From Treponemataceae bacterium (GTDB taxonomy: Bacteria; Spirochaetota; Spirochaetia; Treponematales; Rectinemataceae), in NCBI GenBank assembly GCA_963677895.2, contig CAXXGJ010000002.1, positions 128,001 to 192,000 of the forward strand: a stretch of DNA of 64,000 bases, read 5' to 3'. The notes below the pieces were generated by a model. The model ran no database searches. It was not told where the DNA came from and saw only the letters and a program-made list of their open reading frames with translations. The translations under genes were made by a program, and so were the position numbers. This document shows, piece by piece, positions 59,525-64,000 of the stretch (position 1 is its first letter; the number at the start of each line of letters is the position of its first letter).

Positions 59525-60097
59525 CTACAGGCAGAGGACTTTCTTGTACTGCTCCGCCATGCCCTCGAAACCCTTGTCCAGGCATTCCTGCAGCGCTTTT
59601 TCGGCGCGCGGGAAAACGGCCGTGTCCAGGATTTCCTTCTCGTCCTTCCTGAAGTCCGAGAGGACATATCCCGCTATATCGCTATGGTCGGGCCTGCCGA
59701 TCCCGAAGCGCAGGCGCGCGAAATCGCGGGTGCCCAGGTGCTTTTCCATGGAACGGAGGCCGTTGTGGCCGCCCAGGCCGCCCGAAAACTTGAAGCCGAA
59801 AGTTCCGAAGGCCATCTCCAGGTCGTCGTGGACCGCGAGCACTTCGGCTGGCTCCATTCTGTAGAAGCGCATCAGGTCGCCGATGCTTTCGCCCGAATTG
59901 TTCATGTAGGTTTCGGGCATGAGAAACCAGACGCGCTCGCCGGCTATCTCCTTGGACGCCACCTTGCCTTTGAACTTGTGTTCCCATGAAAGGTCGCCTT
60001 TCAGCCGGAGCGAGTCGAGGAACTGCCACGCCACGTTGTGCCTGTTGCCTGAGTATTCTTTTCCGTAATTGCCAAGGAAAGCGTAAAGTCTGATCAT
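59525..60097 (-). CDS. pth: Peptidyl-tRNA hydrolase
   Basis: LGN.G.EY..NRHN, PETYMN.SG, HDDL, GGHNGL, RLRFGIGRP; start reassigned to 60097. Confidence 0.96.
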   Translation of the reverse strand: MIRLYAFLGNYGKEYSGNRHNVAWQFLDSLRLKGDLSWEHKFKGKVASKEIAGERVWFLMPETYMNNSGESIGDLMRFYRMEPAEVLAVHDDLEMAFGTFGFKFSGGLGGHNGLRSMEKHLGTRDFARLRFGIGRPDHSDIAGYVLSDFRKDEKEILDTAVFPRAEKALQECLDKGFEGMAEQYKKVLCL

Positions 60098-60192
60098 TCC
60101 GTGATTCCTCGAATATCGTGTGGGTGTTACTATATCCCATCGGCGCCGCCTGATGAAGGCCCGGCGCTCCCGATCCAGAGAGGTACGCAAAG

Positions 60193-62187
60193 ATGGATTC
60201 CATAGATTTCGAAAAGCGATACGAGCGTGAAGCCGCGGGCGCCGCGGCTGGGGGCACCGACGGCGCCCGCGCCGTTTCCCTCGTCCTGCGCTGCGCGCGC
60301 GACTTTATCGCCGATACGCCCATGCAGGTCGTGGCCGATATTCCCATAGAAGAACTTTGCGAGGCGGCAGGACAGGACTTTTTGGACGTCGCCGCCGGAA
60401 CGGGCGCAAAAGCCGGGGACTTTTCCGATGCCCGCTCGAGGCTTGTCCTCGTCAACGGCTGGCAGTCCTGGTCATTCTCCGGTGAGCTGCGGTGGAACGA
60501 ACGTCCGAGGCGGGCAATCCTGAAACCCTCCCTGAATCTCTTCGCCGACCATCCGGCGGAAATAGCGGCGCGGACGCTGGCCGGAAACGGCCGACGAAGT
60601 CTCCTGGGTTCGTGGAAGCCCGATATGGTTTCGCATTTTTTCGTCGTCCTGCGCGCCGGAAACGCGAGGCTTGCCTTGGTTTCGCATAACGCCGGAGTCG
60701 AGGGAAGCCGAGTTCTCCCTCCGGTTACTTTTTTCGTTGGATCGAAAAGCCTGAGGATCGCCGTTTTCGCCGAGGGCGGATCTTTCCGCGCGGGCGAGGT
60801 TGTGGCGCGCATCGCGATCATGCCCGCCTCGGGCTATTTCGACCTCAAAAACAAATTGGCGAAGCTCTTTGCAGCGGCTGGCCGTTTCGGGGAACTTTCC
60901 TTCCTGGGCGGTAACGTCGCGATGCGCGAACCCATCGGCGGATTCGAAACCTGGTACAATCATTATCTCGCCATCGATGAAGGCATCATTCTCCGCGATC
61001 TCGATGCCTTGGGCGAAAACGACAATCTCATGAACGTCATGTTCCTTAAAAGGGGAAAACCGGTGGTTTTCCAGATCGATGACGGTTGGGAAAAGCGCGT
61101 CGGCGACTGGACTCCCGACACGGCGAAATTCCCGAATGGCGTCGCGCCGCTCGCGGGCCGCATAACGGAGAAGGGATTCATTCCCGGATTGTGGGTGGCG
61201 CCATTCCTCGTCATGCCCGAAAGCGCCGCGGCGCGCGAGCACCCCGAGTGGCTGCTGCGGGACCCGGGAGGCAAGCCGGTGCTCGCCGGATGGAATCCGG
61301 GCTGGGGCGGCGATGTCTACTGTCTCGATCTTTCGCTTCCCGATGTCGAAGAATATCTCGTCGCTCTCTTCGACGCTATCGTCAACATGTGGGGTTTCCG
61401 CTACCTCAAGCTCGATTTTCTCTATGCCGGCATGCTGCGCGGCGTTCACGCTGGCCTGCCTGGCGGACATTGGGAGCACTATGTCCGCGTACTAAAGCGC
61501 ATAACGTCGATGAAGCGCGCGGAAGACGGCCGGCCTGTCGCGTGGCTCTCCTGCGGCGCTCCCGTGGAGAGCACGGCGCCGCTCATGCCGCTGATGCGCG
61601 TCGGCGCGGACACGAGGGAACATTGGGACTGGCCGCTTCTGAGGCTCATCGGCCACCAGGGAAGACCCTCGGCCAAAGTCAATATTAGCCACACATTCGC
61701 CCGGTCCCTTCTCGACGGAACCCTCCTTCTCAACGACCCTGACGTGATTTTTTGCCGCACCCGAAAAACAACGTTGGCCGACAACGAAAAGTTCCTCATC
61801 GGCCTGGCGGCGCGGATGTTCGCGTCACAGCTTCTCATGTCGGATGATCCTTCGGAATTCGGCGCGGAGCGCGCCAGCGCCACCGTCGGCGGCGCTGGCG
61901 CCGCACATGCCGCTGGCGCCAAAGCCGGCGGTCTCTCCGAACCCGAGTTCACGCGCGAACTGCTCGCCTTTTTCGAAAAGCTGGGGACTAGGGACTTCGG
62001 CGTTGAGCGCTATTCGCTGTCGAGCCCCGACATCTACCGCTTCTTCTCCAGGGACGGCGAGCTGCACGGCCTCATTAACCTGTCCGATCGGACCCAGGCG
62101 CTGGAAGCCGAGTCGCCCTCGGGGGAATCGGCTCCGGCGATCGCGCCCGCCCATGCCATGGTGCTGTTCGGCTTGCCGCGGACTTGA
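60193..62187 (+). CDS. Alpha-galactosidase, GH36
   Basis: NGWQSWS, FQIDDGW, KFPNG, PGLWVAPF, YLKLDF, MRVGAD, NDPD. Confidence 0.9.
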   Translation: MDSIDFEKRYEREAAGAAAGGTDGARAVSLVLRCARDFIADTPMQVVADIPIEELCEAAGQDFLDVAAGTGAKAGDFSDARSRLVLVNGWQSWSFSGELRWNERPRRAILKPSLNLFADHPAEIAARTLAGNGRRSLLGSWKPDMVSHFFVVLRAGNARLALVSHNAGVEGSRVLPPVTFFVGSKSLRIAVFAEGGSFRAGEVVARIAIMPASGYFDLKNKLAKLFAAAGRFGELSFLGGNVAMREPIGGFETWYNHYLAIDEGIILRDLDALGENDNLMNVMFLKRGKPVVFQIDDGWEKRVGDWTPDTAKFPNGVAPLAGRITEKGFIPGLWVAPFLVMPESAAAREHPEWLLRDPGGKPVLAGWNPGWGGDVYCLDLSLPDVEEYLVALFDAIVNMWGFRYLKLDFLYAGMLRGVHAGLPGGHWEHYVRVLKRITSMKRAEDGRPVAWLSCGAPVESTAPLMPLMRVGADTREHWDWPLLRLIGHQGRPSAKVNISHTFARSLLDGTLLLNDPDVIFCRTRKTTLADNEKFLIGLAARMFASQLLMSDDPSEFGAERASATVGGAGAAHAAGAKAGGLSEPEFTRELLAFFEKLGTRDFGVERYSLSSPDIYRFFSRDGELHGLINLSDRTQALEAESPSGESAPAIAPAHAMVLFGLPRT

Positions 62188-62230
62188 GGCTTCCCGACGG
62201 CGGCGATGGCAGAAATCGGCGGTCCGAAGA

Positions 62231-62259
62231 TTGCCAGAGCCGCGCCGCTGCCTTATACT
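62231..62259 (+). promoter_or_regulatory. Promoter immediately upstream of the pyrophosphatase start (near-leaderless)
   Basis: TTGCCA-17 bp-TATACT, 9 nt before ATG 62269, no SD. Confidence 0.6.
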
Positions 62260-62268
62260 GGACGCTCA

Positions 62269-63924
62269 ATGGAAAAAATCACCTATGTCATCGGGCACAA
62301 AAATCCCGACACGGATTCGGTCGTCTCGGCCTCCGCCTACGCGGCCCTGAAACGCGCCCTCGGTTTCGGCAACACCCTTGCGGCCAGAGCCGGCGCGGTG
62401 AACCCTCAGACCGAATATATTTTTCACCGATTCAATGTTCCCCTCCCGGAATTCATTCCCGATCTCGTTCCCAAGGTCGACTACTACCTCGGCGAGGCTC
62501 CCGTCTGCGTCGACGAGATGATGCCGCTGTGGGAAGCGCTTTCGATCATGGAAAAGGCCAATCGCCAAGTGCTGCCCATCGTCGACGCCCAGGGCAAATA
62601 TCGCGCCATGCTCCATTACAGCGCCTTCGCGCAGAATATCCTCACCAAGATCAATCCCCGCCATAAAGCCGTGATTCCCACATCCCTGTCCCACCTCATT
62701 GAGACGATCAAGGCCCAGCCCCTCGTCGTCTTCGACAAGGATACGGTATTCAACGCCAGGATAGTGGTGGTGGCCCTGAGCACGGAAAAGTTCCGGGACT
62801 ATATCCACGCAGAGCCGGCGGACAACAAGATCGTCCTCGTGGGCGACAGGGAAGACGCGCAGCGCATCGCCGTGGAGGCGGGCGCGAAAGCCATCATTAT
62901 CACGAACGGCATCCTGCCCTGCAAGGAAGTGAAGGAGCTCGCCGAGAAAAAGGGGGTCTCCATCCTCACCTCGCCCTACGACACTTCCTCCACCTCGCTG
63001 CTCGTGCTGTATTCGGCGCCGGTCATCACGGTGGCGGACGAGGGGATCGTGCCGCTGGGCCGCCGCGACTGGATCAAGACGGCGAAGCAGGCCATAGCCA
63101 AATCCCCGAGCCGGTCGGTGCCGGTCGTGGACGATGAAGGGAAGGTGATCGGGCTGTTCACCGAGGGCGACCTCATCAAGGAAGCCAATATCGAAGTGAT
63201 CATGGTCGATCACAACGAGTTTTCGCAGGCCGTCGAGGGCATCGACCACTACCGCATCCAGGAAGTGATCGACCATCATCGGCTGGGTTCCTTCTCCACG
63301 CCCTATCCGATCACCTTCATCAACAAGGTCGTAGGGTCCACGAGCACCATCGTCGCCTCGATGTTCAGGGAAACCCATACGCCGCTGACGAAGCCGCTCG
63401 CCTCCATCCTTCTTTGCGGCATACTCTCCGACACCCTTGTCCTGAAATCGGCCACGACGACCGATATCGACAGGGACATGGCCGAATACCTTTCCAACAT
63501 CACTGATCTTTCGATAGAGGCGGTGGGGCTCGACATCATGACCTCCGCTTCGGAAGCCGCTCGCCTGCCGGCCGACAAGATGGTGAGAGTGGACAGGAAG
63601 GAATACGAATCCTCGGGGAAGAAGCTCTCGGTGAGCCAGATAGAGTTGACGAGCAACGCGGAGATAATGGAACGCGGCGCCGAGATTCTCGAGGGGCTCG
63701 CGCATTTGCGCGCCGAGACGGGATCCTACCTCGCCGCCCTCATGGCGACGGACATCACCAAGCTGGAAAGCATTCTCTTCCTCGACGCCGAGAGCGATCT
63801 CTACAACTACGTCAATTATCCTTCACCCAAGAAGGGAATCTACATGCTGAAGGACGTCCTTTCGAGAAAGAAACAGCTCATGCCCACGATTTTCGAGATG
63901 GTGGAAAAAGCCCAGGAACGCTGA
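62269..63924 (+). CDS. ppaC: Family II Mn-dependent inorganic pyrophosphatase with CBS and DRTGG insert
   Basis: GHKNPDTDS, VGDRED, VDHNE, IDHH, GSTSTI, ILSDT, SRKKQ. Confidence 0.93.
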   Translation: MEKITYVIGHKNPDTDSVVSASAYAALKRALGFGNTLAARAGAVNPQTEYIFHRFNVPLPEFIPDLVPKVDYYLGEAPVCVDEMMPLWEALSIMEKANRQVLPIVDAQGKYRAMLHYSAFAQNILTKINPRHKAVIPTSLSHLIETIKAQPLVVFDKDTVFNARIVVVALSTEKFRDYIHAEPADNKIVLVGDREDAQRIAVEAGAKAIIITNGILPCKEVKELAEKKGVSILTSPYDTSSTSLLVLYSAPVITVADEGIVPLGRRDWIKTAKQAIAKSPSRSVPVVDDEGKVIGLFTEGDLIKEANIEVIMVDHNEFSQAVEGIDHYRIQEVIDHHRLGSFSTPYPITFINKVVGSTSTIVASMFRETHTPLTKPLASILLCGILSDTLVLKSATTTDIDRDMAEYLSNITDLSIEAVGLDIMTSASEAARLPADKMVRVDRKEYESSGKKLSVSQIELTSNAEIMERGAEILEGLAHLRAETGSYLAALMATDITKLESILFLDAESDLYNYVNYPSPKKGIYMLKDVLSRKKQLMPTIFEMVEKAQER

Positions 63925-63961
63925 AGCCGCGTCGCGGAGCGGGCGGCGTCCGCCCGCACGC

Positions 63962-64000
63962 TTAGCCGATCGCGCCCGAGGCGAGCAGGGGCAGGGCGAT
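63962..64000 (-). CDS. 3' end of a convergent gene truncated by the window edge
   Basis: Minus-strand frame IALPLLASGAIG followed by TAA, with host-like codon usage. Confidence 0.4.
   Translation of the reverse strand: MALPLLASGAIG

Overview
GC-rich bacterial chromosomal window with about 62 CDS and one tRNA-Leu(CAA). It is most likely from a free-living anaerobic spirochaete (inference from the archaeal/spirochaete-type UMP kinase, spirochaete-type Prs and GH63-like glycosidase, ApbE lipoprotein and a DUF6675-like protein). Housekeeping genes include pyrH, prs, parAB, eno, ilvE, ackA, aroDE, era, pth and a CBS/DRTGG family II pyrophosphatase. Accessory modules are: (1) the end of a regulatory group D-like [FeFe]-hydrogenase operon; (2) tandem acyl-CoA ligases; (3) an operon of four secreted proteins (DUF6305-like, two M14/AstE Zn-hydrolases and a lid-less CapD-like gamma-glutamyltransferase), the best candidate for an undescribed periplasmic gamma-glutamyl-peptide scavenging system; (4) tandem membrane EAL phosphodiesterases, one with a C25 tract in its upstream region; (5) vapBC and an AbrB/CrtI-like pair; (6) a ROK-regulated sugar ABC locus with a divergent GT-A-fold enzyme and tandem aroQ genes, one lacking the catalytic His; (7) a POTRA-less Omp85-like barrel, a candidate flavinylated secreted protein and ApbE. 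Two single-base homopolymer frameshifts (Na/Pi symporter, parB) suggest possible assembly errors. I saw no CRISPR array, transposase or integrase. All family calls are motif recognition by eye, not database searches.
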